Made by a program: the position numbers and the translations under genes. A DNA stretch of 51,071 bases from a virus (Duplodnaviria; Caudoviricetes): positions 1 through 51,071 of the IMG/VR virus record IMGVR_UViG_3300031260_000127. The stretch is one strand, 5' to 3'. The notes under the pieces are model-generated. The model was not told the DNA's origin. It saw only the letters and a program-made list of their open reading frames with translations, and did not search any database. Shown here piece by piece: positions 1 to 8,382 of the stretch. The first letter of the stretch is position 1. Every line of letters begins with the position of its first letter.

Positions 1-54
1 CGCTTATATTCTGAAATGATATTCTGAAACTTGTTTTTGTGTGTATTCAGGCAT

Positions 55-87
55 AAAAAAAGAGGTAAGCTGTTTAAGCTAACCTCT
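55..87 (-). terminator. Rho-independent terminator downstream of the tRNA 3' fragment
   Basis: Minus strand AGAGGTTAGCT-TAAAC-AGCTTACCTCT followed by a T run. Confidence 0.7.
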
Positions 88-108
88 TAATTATTATCGA
101 TAAGTAGG

Positions 109-165
109 TGGTACCCGAGGCCGGACTTGAACCGGCACGCTGTAACCAGCGAGGGATTTTAAATC
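109..165 (-). other. att core: 3' half of tRNA-Leu(UAA), from anticodon arm to CCA end; not a complete tRNA
   Basis: Minus strand GATTTAAAATCCCTCGCTGGTTACAGCGTGCCGGTTCAAGTCCGGCCTCGGGTACCA has a TAA anticodon loop, long variable arm, T-loop and CCA. No D-arm or 5' acceptor strand upstream. Confidence 0.9.
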
Positions 166-397
166 ACTCGCATAATCATTTTCTAACAATAACTTGTGAT
201 TATTTTCAGAATATTTATTGCTTATTTCAGTTACTTTTGTATCTGTTTTATATACATTTTTTATTGTTTTATTCTGAAAAATTTTTGTTGAAACTGTAGT
301 AGGGAGTCGAACCCTCCTATGGTGCTTTCGTGTCCTACTATGTCCATGTATTAATTGCATATCAGCAATTTTAACTAGGACAGTGATGGACTTTTAA

Positions 398-670
398 TCA
401 CTCAAGTTGTTTAGGATATCTGGCTTTTATCTCAGAGACTTTATCTAACCATTCCTGACGTTTTTCAGATGACTGGTCAAATTGCCACTCCATGAAAATA
501 GGGTCTGACTCAAGGCGGTAAGCCTCTTTTCTCTTGACGAGGTTTTGAGCCTCTTCAAAGTCTTTTTGCTGCAGAACAGAGTCGACCTGCTCCTGAGTCA
601 TGCCAAGCGAATTCATATAGCTGCGGGTCGTGTCTGTGTGGGTTCGACCCTGAAAGATGTAACTAAACAT
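398..670 (-). CDS. Small protein downstream of the DGR RT; possible tail-fibre assembly chaperone (90 aa)
   Basis: ATG at 670 with SD AGGAGG, overlapping the RT 3' end. The C-terminus WLDKVSEIKARYP resembles small tail-fibre-associated proteins. Start revised from ORF-track 745. Confidence 0.6.
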   Translation of the reverse strand: MFSYIFQGRTHTDTTRSYMNSLGMTQEQVDSVLQQKDFEEAQNLVKRKEAYRLESDPIFMEWQFDQSSEKRQEWLDKVSEIKARYPKQLE

Positions 671-1940
671 CTGTTTTCCTCCTGAATGGCTCAGCAAAAA
701 GAGCCTTTTTAAGGTTGTAGGTGCTGGCGTGACCCGCATGGCCAAGCCAGGATTGAATGTTCTGGTTTATATTAGAGAGACTTATCTCGCCTTTAGCGAA
801 CTGGGACCGATACTTTTTAAGTTTTGTCTTGATTCGCTTGACGCTGCATTTTCTCAGTAACCTATGGCTCGAATAAATTCGATACCCGAGGAAGTCTAAG
901 CTCCTGCCGTTACTCGTTGAGATAGGGAAAACCTGCGTCTTGCTGTTCGTTTTTAATCTCAGGTAAAGGTGCAGGAACTCCTCTATATCCTTTCTCCACT
1001 GGTGCAGCACAGCCTTGTCGTGGTGAATGATGGCAAAATCGTCCATGTAGCGGATGTAGTGTTTTGCGCCAAGTGTGTGCTTTGCATATCTATCAAGCTC
1101 GTGCAGATACACGTTTGCAAAAATCTGACTGGTAAGGTTCCCCAGCGGAATGCCCACGCCCATTGATTCGCAAGGGCTGTTATCAATGATATAAAACAGC
1201 AGCTCAAGCGTTCTCTGGCATTGTATTTTTGCCGCAAGGATAGACTTCAATACTTGGTGGTCTATGCTCGAAAAGTACCGGCTAATATCCGCTTTTAACG
1301 CATACGCCTTGCCATGCTTTGACTCCACCTTCTTAATAAAATATTGAGCTCTGTCAGCGCCTTTGTGGGTGCCTTTCCCTCGTCTACATGCGTATGAGTC
1401 ATAGATGTAGGTTTTGTCAAACAGCGGTTCGATAACATTGTATATAGCCCGATGGACAACCCTGTCCTTAAAGTGCGGGGCTGATATCAGACGGCGCTTC
1501 GGCTCGAATACGTAAAAATGGTGATAGGGTGACATTTTATACATGCCCCACATCAGCTCGTTTTGTATTTCTATAATGTTCTCTTCCAGATTATTGAAGA
1601 AAACCAACGTTGCGTTCGCCTTTGTTTTTCCTTTTCGGCATGAGTATGCCGCCGATAAAAGATTCTCAAAATCAAATATCTTCTCGAATGAGCAGCCCAG
1701 TGACGCATCAATAGGCTTTATATCTGTTCCGGCTATGGCCGAGGAGGCGGCATCCTTTTCATGATTGCACTGACAGCATCCCTTGGGATGGTTGTTTCTG
1801 GCTACATCAAGAGCGGGGCGAAAACCGATGTTACTGTTCGAGTTCGACCGCGCATTGTTCAGATTGAGCGCGCCCAACCCGGCGTTCGAGCCATTGTTCC
1901 AGTTGCCCCCGCGAAGCGGGAATCGGTTCCGCGTATTCAT
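663..1940 (-). CDS. brt: DGR reverse transcriptase
   Basis: RT motifs KRRLISAPHFKDRVVH, YALKADISRYF, GIPLGNLTSQ (DGR-type SQ), YMDD and DFLGY. Adjacent to TR and avd. Confidence 0.96.
   Translation of the reverse strand: MNTRNRFPLRGGNWNNGSNAGLGALNLNNARSNSNSNIGFRPALDVARNNHPKGCCQCNHEKDAASSAIAGTDIKPIDASLGCSFEKIFDFENLLSAAYSCRKGKTKANATLVFFNNLEENIIEIQNELMWGMYKMSPYHHFYVFEPKRRLISAPHFKDRVVHRAIYNVIEPLFDKTYIYDSYACRRGKGTHKGADRAQYFIKKVESKHGKAYALKADISRYFSSIDHQVLKSILAAKIQCQRTLELLFYIIDNSPCESMGVGIPLGNLTSQIFANVYLHELDRYAKHTLGAKHYIRYMDDFAIIHHDKAVLHQWRKDIEEFLHLYLRLKTNSKTQVFPISTSNGRSLDFLGYRIYSSHRLLRKCSVKRIKTKLKKYRSQFAKGEISLSNINQNIQSWLGHAGHASTYNLKKALFAEPFRRKTDV
1812..1928 (-). repeat. DGR template repeat (TR), 117 bp, followed by IMH*
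   Basis: Aligns ungapped to 2366-2482. It has 25 adenines on the minus strand, 22 of them in 11 AAY codons. Confidence 0.96.
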
Positions 1941-2293
1941 AATGCCGTCCCCTGTTGCTTGGCATTAGCGGAGCGTATCCAGCCGCCTATCATTTTTCCA
2001 AGCTCAACCAGTTGGCCTACCCATATTTCATATCTCTTGATGTCGATATACCGTAAGTCCTTGGCGAGCCTGATTCGCCGTTTCAAGATGGCAAGCTCGA
2101 TATCTAAATCGGTCAGGGTCGTCTTCTTGTGGTATCGCTTAAATGCCGTGATGATCAATCTTTGAAGTTGCAGCATTGAAAGCCTGATTTCCGCACCTAA
2201 AACATGGCGCTCATGTTTTGGAAACTGCTTTATTGCTTGATAGCCGTACATCATCATTTCTCGGCATTTTTCTTCAATGATTAGCGTTGTCAA
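1937..2293 (-). CDS. avd: DGR accessory variability determinant (Avd, four-helix bundle)
   Basis: Motifs FPKHERHVLGAEIR and ELGKMIGGW, basic, about 118 aa, located between target and TR. Probable TTG start at 2293 after GGAGG (ORF track gives 2308). Confidence 0.92.
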   Translation of the reverse strand: MTTLIIEEKCREMMMYGYQAIKQFPKHERHVLGAEIRLSMLQLQRLIITAFKRYHKKTTLTDLDIELAILKRRIRLAKDLRYIDIKRYEIWVGQLVELGKMIGGWIRSANAKQQGTAL

Positions 2294-2314
2294 CTTGCCT
2301 CCGCACAACTAAAG

Positions 2315-2332
2315 GGCGCACTACCGTGCGCC
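2315..2332 (-). promoter_or_regulatory. DGR target-recognition hairpin/cruciform downstream of VR/IMH
   Basis: Minus strand GGCGCAC-GGTA-GTGCGCC: 7-bp GC-rich stem with a GRNA tetraloop, 21 nt past the target stop codon. Confidence 0.85.
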
Positions 2333-2353
2333 ATCCAAAGAATCAGTTAACAG

Positions 2354-3724
2354 TTACACAAAGAAAGCGGGGCGAAAACCGATGTTACCGCTCGAGTGCG
2401 ACCGCGCAACGCCCAGACCGAGCGCGCCCAACCCGGCGTACGAGCCATCGAACCAGGAGCCCCCGCGAAGCGGGAAACGGTCACCATAGTTTCTAGTGTA
2501 CAGCACCCCTCCAACAGTCTGGTCTGATGCAGTCTCTAGCAGCAGCTGTCTGAGCAGTTCAACTGGAGCATAACCGGAAGATTTTTGCAGAAGCTTGAAT
2601 CCGACAGAGTTACTATATCCAGAGTTTATGTCGTCACCGACATTACCCATGCGATTTGTCACTGTTGAATTGAGGATAGGTGAGCCGCCGGTAGTTGAAG
2701 TTGAATCGTAATACGCTGTGTGACGATTCCATCCAGCCTCTGTTAATGATGGGTTGTTATCAAGAGTTGTTATAATTTGACCGTCATCCAATTTCATCTG
2801 GTCAATCCATTCCCAGACGTTGCCGACCAGGTCACATACGCCGAACTCAGTATGATCGTGATTCCACGTTGCGGGGCCCTTGCCTGTGTCGGTTCGCCCA
2901 GTGCTACTGGTATCGCCAGGCAGTCCGTTGTCGGCACGTCGAGCGGTTTCCCACTTCGCTTCGTGGCTGCGACCATAGTTAGTATTACCACGAGGCACAG
3001 TACCATTGGCCAGAGACCAGAGTGCAATGGCGGCCCACTCGTGAATCGACATCATGTGCCAATTTGCGCCTTTGCGCGTGCACAGCTCTTTTGCTACATC
3101 GTAGTTAACGGATGTGAGCGGCTGAGAGCCGCCGATAACGGCAGAGCCGCCCGCCGCCGATGATGCCAGGTATTTGCCGACAAGGATTTCGCCACGAGGC
3201 GCTCCGTTTGTGATGAATGCAGGATGCGTTCCGGTGCCAAGATTTAATGCCGTCAGGCCGAGATCTTCAACGTTGAACCTTGGTATCACACACATGATGT
3301 TGGGATTTCCCTGTGCATCATATACGACAGTATTTCTACCCCCTGAATTTTGCTCGATCGACTTTCGATAGCCATCCGTTGCGATAATAGTTAAGTTGCT
3401 GACGTTCTGGTTATAGTCAGTCTCAAGTGTGTTAAGCGCGTCATCACAGTCATTTATCAGTTCGGATGCCTGGTCTGCCAATTTCTTGGTGTATCCCTGG
3501 ACAGGAATGATAGAGTACTCTTGGCCTGACTGAGAATTGCTTTTATAACTCGGATAAATTGATAGTGCCGAATCACTGGCAATATTCGTTATCTCATAGG
3601 TCAGCCTATCGGGGCCAACGAAGGCATCACCTACCCGGCTGTTTGCCACCCACGCAGTGCCGCTTCCGGTTACTGTGGTGGAACCATTGGTTACTGTTAC
3701 TGTACCTGTTCTGTACCATGCCAT
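2354..3724 (-). CDS. DGR target: tail fibre / receptor-binding protein with C-terminal C-type-lectin (FGE-sulfatase-like) fold
   Basis: N-terminus MAWYRTGTVTVTNGS is typical of tail-fibre anchors. CLec-type motifs DLVGNVWEW, RGGSW and IGFRPA. Carries the VR and follows J. Confidence 0.92.
   Translation of the reverse strand: MAWYRTGTVTVTNGSTTVTGSGTAWVANSRVGDAFVGPDRLTYEITNIASDSALSIYPSYKSNSQSGQEYSIIPVQGYTKKLADQASELINDCDDALNTLETDYNQNVSNLTIIATDGYRKSIEQNSGGRNTVVYDAQGNPNIMCVIPRFNVEDLGLTALNLGTGTHPAFITNGAPRGEILVGKYLASSAAGGSAVIGGSQPLTSVNYDVAKELCTRKGANWHMMSIHEWAAIALWSLANGTVPRGNTNYGRSHEAKWETARRADNGLPGDTSSTGRTDTGKGPATWNHDHTEFGVCDLVGNVWEWIDQMKLDDGQIITTLDNNPSLTEAGWNRHTAYYDSTSTTGGSPILNSTVTNRMGNVGDDINSGYSNSVGFKLLQKSSGYAPVELLRQLLLETASDQTVGGVLYTRNYGDRFPLRGGSWFDGSYAGLGALGLGVARSHSSGNIGFRPAFFV
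2366..2482 (-). repeat. DGR variable repeat (VR) at the 3' end of the tail-fibre gene, followed by IMH
   Basis: 17 mismatches to TR, all opposite TR adenines. Diverges from TR right after CGCCCCGCT (TTCTTTGTGTAA versus CTTGATGTAGCC). Confidence 0.96.
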
Positions 3725-3726
3725 TT

Positions 3727-6700
3727 TTATTGCTCCGATATTTGTATTGATGTGATGCCTGCATAATATGAGTCTGCATAGAAATCACCTGACGTAGATA
3801 TCAGCTTGACTTCATAGTTGACGGTACCAGTGCCTGTGAACGAATCAGAGTATGTTTGGGATGGGCTAAACTGGTGACGGATAGTGACTTCCCATCCATT
3901 TCCTTCATACGAAGGGGCGGTTGTAATCGCCGTTGCTGTCGTTGACCATTGCTGTATCAACACGCCATTTCTGTAGAGTCCCCATGTAAGTGTCCCAGTT
4001 TTCTCCGGTTTGAATGTGTTAAGAAACGCATTGGCTTCTGCCGAAGTTGAAAACACTTCTCGCACTGACATGATGCACGATGTGCTGATGACAATATTTT
4101 TCTGATGGCCGAGACTGTTATTGTGGTCAACTGATGCATAATTATTCGCGCCAACAGTGTGACCCCACGTATTAAATCTGACTGATGAATACAGCGTTCC
4201 AGCCGCGAGAGAACCACCGAAATAGGCGCTACCGTCTGTTTTTCTATATTCTGTCGCGTTCGCCTCAGTACAATTACTGATATCGCCAACATCTGGGCCA
4301 AACCATTGAATAAACTGGTTTGAGCTGCCAAAGCCGACTCCGAATACCTGCATTGAACCGCCATATCGCTGAATAAGAGTTTTATTTAGCAGGGTTCCTA
4401 TTAATGCAGCATTCATCATTGGCATGCCATTTTCGATGACTACAGCCGGTGTAATGCTGTTTTCATCAGTCCCATTAATGAAGCTGATATTGTCGGCTTT
4501 CAGTAATATCTCACTCGATTCTCCATTAGAACCAAGTGCTAAACCAGCCCAAACTTTTCTGCCACTAGTTGTTGTTTCCGCCTTTATTGTTACTAGTGCA
4601 TTTACGTTACCTTCTAGATCTGCCTGAGCCTGTGATACTTGTTGCACTGCTGCGGCATTTTCACCAACTGTGGTATGTACAGTATTTATCTGCTGTGCTA
4701 ACGCACTATCCGCATCAGCGCGGACGGTCTGTTCTTGCTGAATGGCCGCGGTGTTTTGTGCCACACCACTATTAGCCGTATCTGCGGCAGCTTGTGCCGC
4801 AGCAGCTGAAGCCTGAACAGTCGTTATGTTTTGAGCTAAAGCCTCATCAGCTGTAGTCCGAGCAATACTTTCCTGCTGAATCGCAGCTGAGTTGTTTTTT
4901 GACTCTGCTGATATTGTAGTAATTTGACGCGCAAGCGCCTCATCCTCTGTTGCCCTTGCTTCCTGCTCTACGCGGATCGCCGCTTTTGACTTCCAACCAG
5001 CAAGAACGTCTGCAAGGCGACCTTCGCCAGTGTCTTCCACCGTCGCCTGAACTGTATTTATTTTCCTGCCCAATACACTATCCGCATCAGCTCTGGCCGT
5101 AGCCTCGGATTGAATCGCGGCAGCGTTGTCTCCGACAGATGATTGCAATGTTGTTATGTCCTGAGCAAGAGCGCTATCCGCATCAGCTCTGGCCGTAGCC
5201 TCAGATTGAATCGCTGCAGCATTGTCTCCGACAGACGATTGCAGCGTCGTTATGTCTTGGGCTAGAGCTTCATCAGCTGTAGTACGAGCAATACTTTCCT
5301 GCTGAATAGCAGCTGAGTTGTTTTTTGACTCTGCTGATATTGTAGTAATTTGACGCGCAAGCGCTTCATCCTCTGTTGCCCTGGCCTCCTGCTCTACGCG
5401 GATCGCCGCTTTTGACTTCCAACCAGCAAGAACGTCTGCAAGGCGACCTTCGCCAGTGTCATCATCGCGATAGGCGGCGATCATGGTGTCAGTGCGTGAA
5501 GTGTTTGCTTCAAGCTTGCCGTCAATCAAATCAACAGAGTTCTGAACATCTGTCATTTTCGCCGTGAGTGCAGCTACCGCCTCACCAATGCTGGCGTAAT
5601 CTCCTACATACTCCCAATAGTTGGTATCTGTCGGCAGAGTTCCGGCAGGTATGTTGTCCTGCTTTGCCCGGTAAAGCGATACACCTGTTCCGTCGTCGTA
5701 GGTGACGAATTCTCCGCTGTTATATACCGTTGAAGCGCTCCACTCTCCTGCCCCAGTAATGTCATCCAGCTGCTGGTTTATGCTGTCAATGTTTGCCTGG
5801 ATCTGCGGTATTTTGTCTATTTCAATGTTTATGGAATCAAGGTTTGATTCGATTCCTGGTATTTTTTCAATGGGGTCAAGCAGGCTCTGGGACAGTTCAC
5901 TTTCAGATATCTGCCCAGTAAGATAGTCGAGTATGTTGCCTGCATCTGAAGACGATGAACCTTGGACATAATCAGTCCACGGACCGATATTTCCTGTTCT
6001 GTCTACAATGCGCGCCTTAAACCAAAAACTTACGCCGGCGGCCAGACCATTTAATGTATGGTTATCCAGTGGATAGGCATATTGCCCGAGCAGTGTTTCG
6101 TTAGCTCCGGTGCTGCTGGTTGCATAGTAAATTTCGGTGTAAAGCGTGTCCTCTGCTCCGGCAGGAAAGCTCCAGTTTAAATCGATGCCAAATACAATCG
6201 AGGAAGTGGTCAGGCTGGCGAGTGCCGGAGGGGATCCGGTTTTGCCGGTAACGGGTGTTAGCGCTGATTCACGATAAATAGAGGCCACATCAACAGAATT
6301 AATGGCACGTACTCTGGCGAGATAATCACCGGTATATACGCCACGTACTTCCGCGCTGGTGCTGCCAGTTCTGGGGAGTGTTACCCACTCACCTGAATCT
6401 TTACGCCATTCCACATCATACGATATCGCCCCGGTGGCGGCTGGCCAACTAATCAGCATGACAGTGATAGATTGCGTCTGTTCGATGTACGTGCGCTGGC
6501 TGATGGTGACGGATGCAGGTGGTTGCTGAACTTTCGATGGCAGGATTGAAATTGGCCTATCAATGAGTTTTGAACCATTGTCGATAGACGTGAATTTGTC
6601 AGGGTTATAGGCAATCCCGGCGATCTGATATTCAATATCGTCTGAATCTGCTTTTTTAACGGTCGTGACGCGGTAGAGCTGTGGCTCAAGGCTATCTGAC

Positions 6701-8382
6701 TCCAGCGCCCATTGTAATTGTGGTTCTGGTGTTTCACTAAATGCCGTGGATATGGTTACTACCCTGCCGTTGACACCAGTAATGGTTCTTCGCTCTGCTT
6801 TACCGGATGGCAGGTTAATACGTAATCTGTCATTAATGGCCGCCTCTGGATCGCTATCCAGCGTAATATTTAAGCCATCAATGGCAGAAATACGGCCACC
6901 AATGCGTTTACCGGCGATCAGGCTATCGGCTACGCCAATAATGTAACCAGGCAACGGGATTTGACCATCAAGCCCGACAGAAAACGATACGGTACGGTCA
7001 TTATTATTGGTGTAAATCGCCCATTTACCGCGGCGCTGTGCTTCTGACTCTCGCGTACAACCAATGGCAGATAATTCCACGGGATTATCGCCGTAACGGC
7101 GTTGCAGTTTTGCATCAGCAACAGATGTCACATCGCTGTTATATTCGTTGTAAGGGTTATCCCAACTGACTAATGCCCGGCTGAATTTGGAGCGAATGCT
7201 GGTACCACTGTAATTAAATTGCCCGCCTTTCACGTTGGCATTGGTATAGAGGAAGTCCATATCCCGTGGCAAGTCAGCAATAGTTACCATCTGCCCATTG
7301 GCCCAGTACGTCATCCCGCGATAAATTGCTGCTAAATCGCGTAGCACTTGCCATGCTTCTTTAGGCTGTTGAATGTAAACATCGCATAAAAAGCGCGGTT
7401 CCATACCGCCTTTGCCATCAGGTACCAGTTCATCACAGTATTGCGCTATCTGGTACAGGCCCCACTTATCAACCAAGTCAGCGGTAATGCGCTGGCCTAC
7501 ACTGAAACGGTCCTCAAGAATAATGTCGTAAGAAACCCAAGCAGGATTATTAGTCCAGGCAATTTTGAAACTGCCGTCCCAGGTGCCTGAATAGGTTCTT
7601 GTTTCAGGATCATAGTTGGTAGGAACGCGCACTTTGCGCAGCTTGGTTTCAACTGCAACGGTAGGAATATTGCTGAACTGGCTGGCATCAAACTCAATAA
7701 ACAGCAGCGCGGTATTAGGATAGGTAAACTTGGCATCCACGATTTCGGTAATCGCCGAAATAAACATGGTATCGCCAACGGTAGCTTTATTCTGGTTAGG
7801 TGTTATACGGCGCACCCGTACTTGCCAGCTACTGCCGGCAGGTAAATCAACGCGATGGCTGCGCTCATATTGCTGGTTGGTTTTTCCGCTTACTGACGTG
7901 CTCAATACCGTTTGGTAACTACCACCATCAGTGGCAACATCAATGGCATACGCAATGGTATAACCCACAATATCGCCATTATCTTTTTGCTGCTGGATAG
8001 TCGGCCAGCGCAAACGTAGACGCACAGCCGATAACATGCTGTTGGTTATTGACCGGATCCAATCATTATCGCTATTTAGCTCAGTGTTAACGGTAGTTTC
8101 ATTTTCAACCGAAGGAATGCCCTGAATATAGCTTTGCTGGACAGAACCTGGTCTGAATTCCCACTTAGTCCCAGGGAAATTCTCATTGCCCTGGCTGTCG
8201 ATGAGTGGCGTACCATCAAGGTAAATCATGGTGCCATCGATAGACCCTTCCCACTCACCTTCACCCAGTGCCAGCAGCATTTTGGCATAACTGGTTGATA
8301 GCAGATCATTCTTGGCTTCGGTTGGGGTACTCCCAGAGCCACCGCTCTTGCGGCCAGTAATTATCGGTACTGCTATAGTCAT
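3727..8382 (-). CDS. J: Tail tip / host specificity protein J (lambda gpJ-like)
   Basis: 1551 aa. Motifs WTNNPAW, EPRFLCDVY and GCTRESEAQRRGKW, FN3-like repeats and a coiled-coil region. Confidence 0.93.
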   Translation of the reverse strand: MTIAVPIITGRKSGGSGSTPTEAKNDLLSTSYAKMLLALGEGEWEGSIDGTMIYLDGTPLIDSQGNENFPGTKWEFRPGSVQQSYIQGIPSVENETTVNTELNSDNDWIRSITNSMLSAVRLRLRWPTIQQQKDNGDIVGYTIAYAIDVATDGGSYQTVLSTSVSGKTNQQYERSHRVDLPAGSSWQVRVRRITPNQNKATVGDTMFISAITEIVDAKFTYPNTALLFIEFDASQFSNIPTVAVETKLRKVRVPTNYDPETRTYSGTWDGSFKIAWTNNPAWVSYDIILEDRFSVGQRITADLVDKWGLYQIAQYCDELVPDGKGGMEPRFLCDVYIQQPKEAWQVLRDLAAIYRGMTYWANGQMVTIADLPRDMDFLYTNANVKGGQFNYSGTSIRSKFSRALVSWDNPYNEYNSDVTSVADAKLQRRYGDNPVELSAIGCTRESEAQRRGKWAIYTNNNDRTVSFSVGLDGQIPLPGYIIGVADSLIAGKRIGGRISAIDGLNITLDSDPEAAINDRLRINLPSGKAERRTITGVNGRVVTISTAFSETPEPQLQWALESDSLEPQLYRVTTVKKADSDDIEYQIAGIAYNPDKFTSIDNGSKLIDRPISILPSKVQQPPASVTISQRTYIEQTQSITVMLISWPAATGAISYDVEWRKDSGEWVTLPRTGSTSAEVRGVYTGDYLARVRAINSVDVASIYRESALTPVTGKTGSPPALASLTTSSIVFGIDLNWSFPAGAEDTLYTEIYYATSSTGANETLLGQYAYPLDNHTLNGLAAGVSFWFKARIVDRTGNIGPWTDYVQGSSSSDAGNILDYLTGQISESELSQSLLDPIEKIPGIESNLDSINIEIDKIPQIQANIDSINQQLDDITGAGEWSASTVYNSGEFVTYDDGTGVSLYRAKQDNIPAGTLPTDTNYWEYVGDYASIGEAVAALTAKMTDVQNSVDLIDGKLEANTSRTDTMIAAYRDDDTGEGRLADVLAGWKSKAAIRVEQEARATEDEALARQITTISAESKNNSAAIQQESIARTTADEALAQDITTLQSSVGDNAAAIQSEATARADADSALAQDITTLQSSVGDNAAAIQSEATARADADSVLGRKINTVQATVEDTGEGRLADVLAGWKSKAAIRVEQEARATEDEALARQITTISAESKNNSAAIQQESIARTTADEALAQNITTVQASAAAAQAAADTANSGVAQNTAAIQQEQTVRADADSALAQQINTVHTTVGENAAAVQQVSQAQADLEGNVNALVTIKAETTTSGRKVWAGLALGSNGESSEILLKADNISFINGTDENSITPAVVIENGMPMMNAALIGTLLNKTLIQRYGGSMQVFGVGFGSSNQFIQWFGPDVGDISNCTEANATEYRKTDGSAYFGGSLAAGTLYSSVRFNTWGHTVGANNYASVDHNNSLGHQKNIVISTSCIMSVREVFSTSAEANAFLNTFKPEKTGTLTWGLYRNGVLIQQWSTTATAITTAPSYEGNGWEVTIRHQFSPSQTYSDSFTGTGTVNYEVKLISTSGDFYADSYYAGITSIQISEQ
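4820..5460. repeat. Internal direct repeats in the J coiled coil: 215-bp copies (4820-5034, 5246-5460) around 96-bp tandem units
   Basis: Offset 426 bp with about 9 mismatches. The protein repeat DTGEGRLADVLAGWKSKAAIRVEQ... occurs twice, and a 32-aa unit ITTLQSSVGDNAAAIQSEATARADADS occurs twice. Confidence 0.9.

Larger units (their letters stand above)
6..279. repeat. Integrase arm-type-like repeats ATATTCTGAAA around the att core
   Basis: Exact copies at 6-16 and 19-29, an inverted copy at 204-214 and a 10/11 copy at 269-279. IHF-like TAACAATAACTTG at 184-196. Confidence 0.65.

Noticed and set aside
109-200. Complete tRNA-Leu gene
   Set aside because: Only the anticodon arm to CCA is present. 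Upstream sequence is AT-rich with no D-arm or acceptor 5' strand.
94-360. ORFs 94-360 (-) and 108-299 (+)
   Set aside because: They span the att core and arm repeats and are likely spurious translations of a tRNA fragment and AT-rich DNA.
663-1940. Group II intron or retron RT
   Set aside because: The SQ motif, avd neighbour and adenine-specific TR/VR pair identify a DGR. No maturase/endonuclease extension or msr-msd structure seen.
4820-5460. Second TR/VR pair in J
   Set aside because: Mismatches are mixed and mostly synonymous, not adenine-specific. This is an ordinary intragenic duplication.
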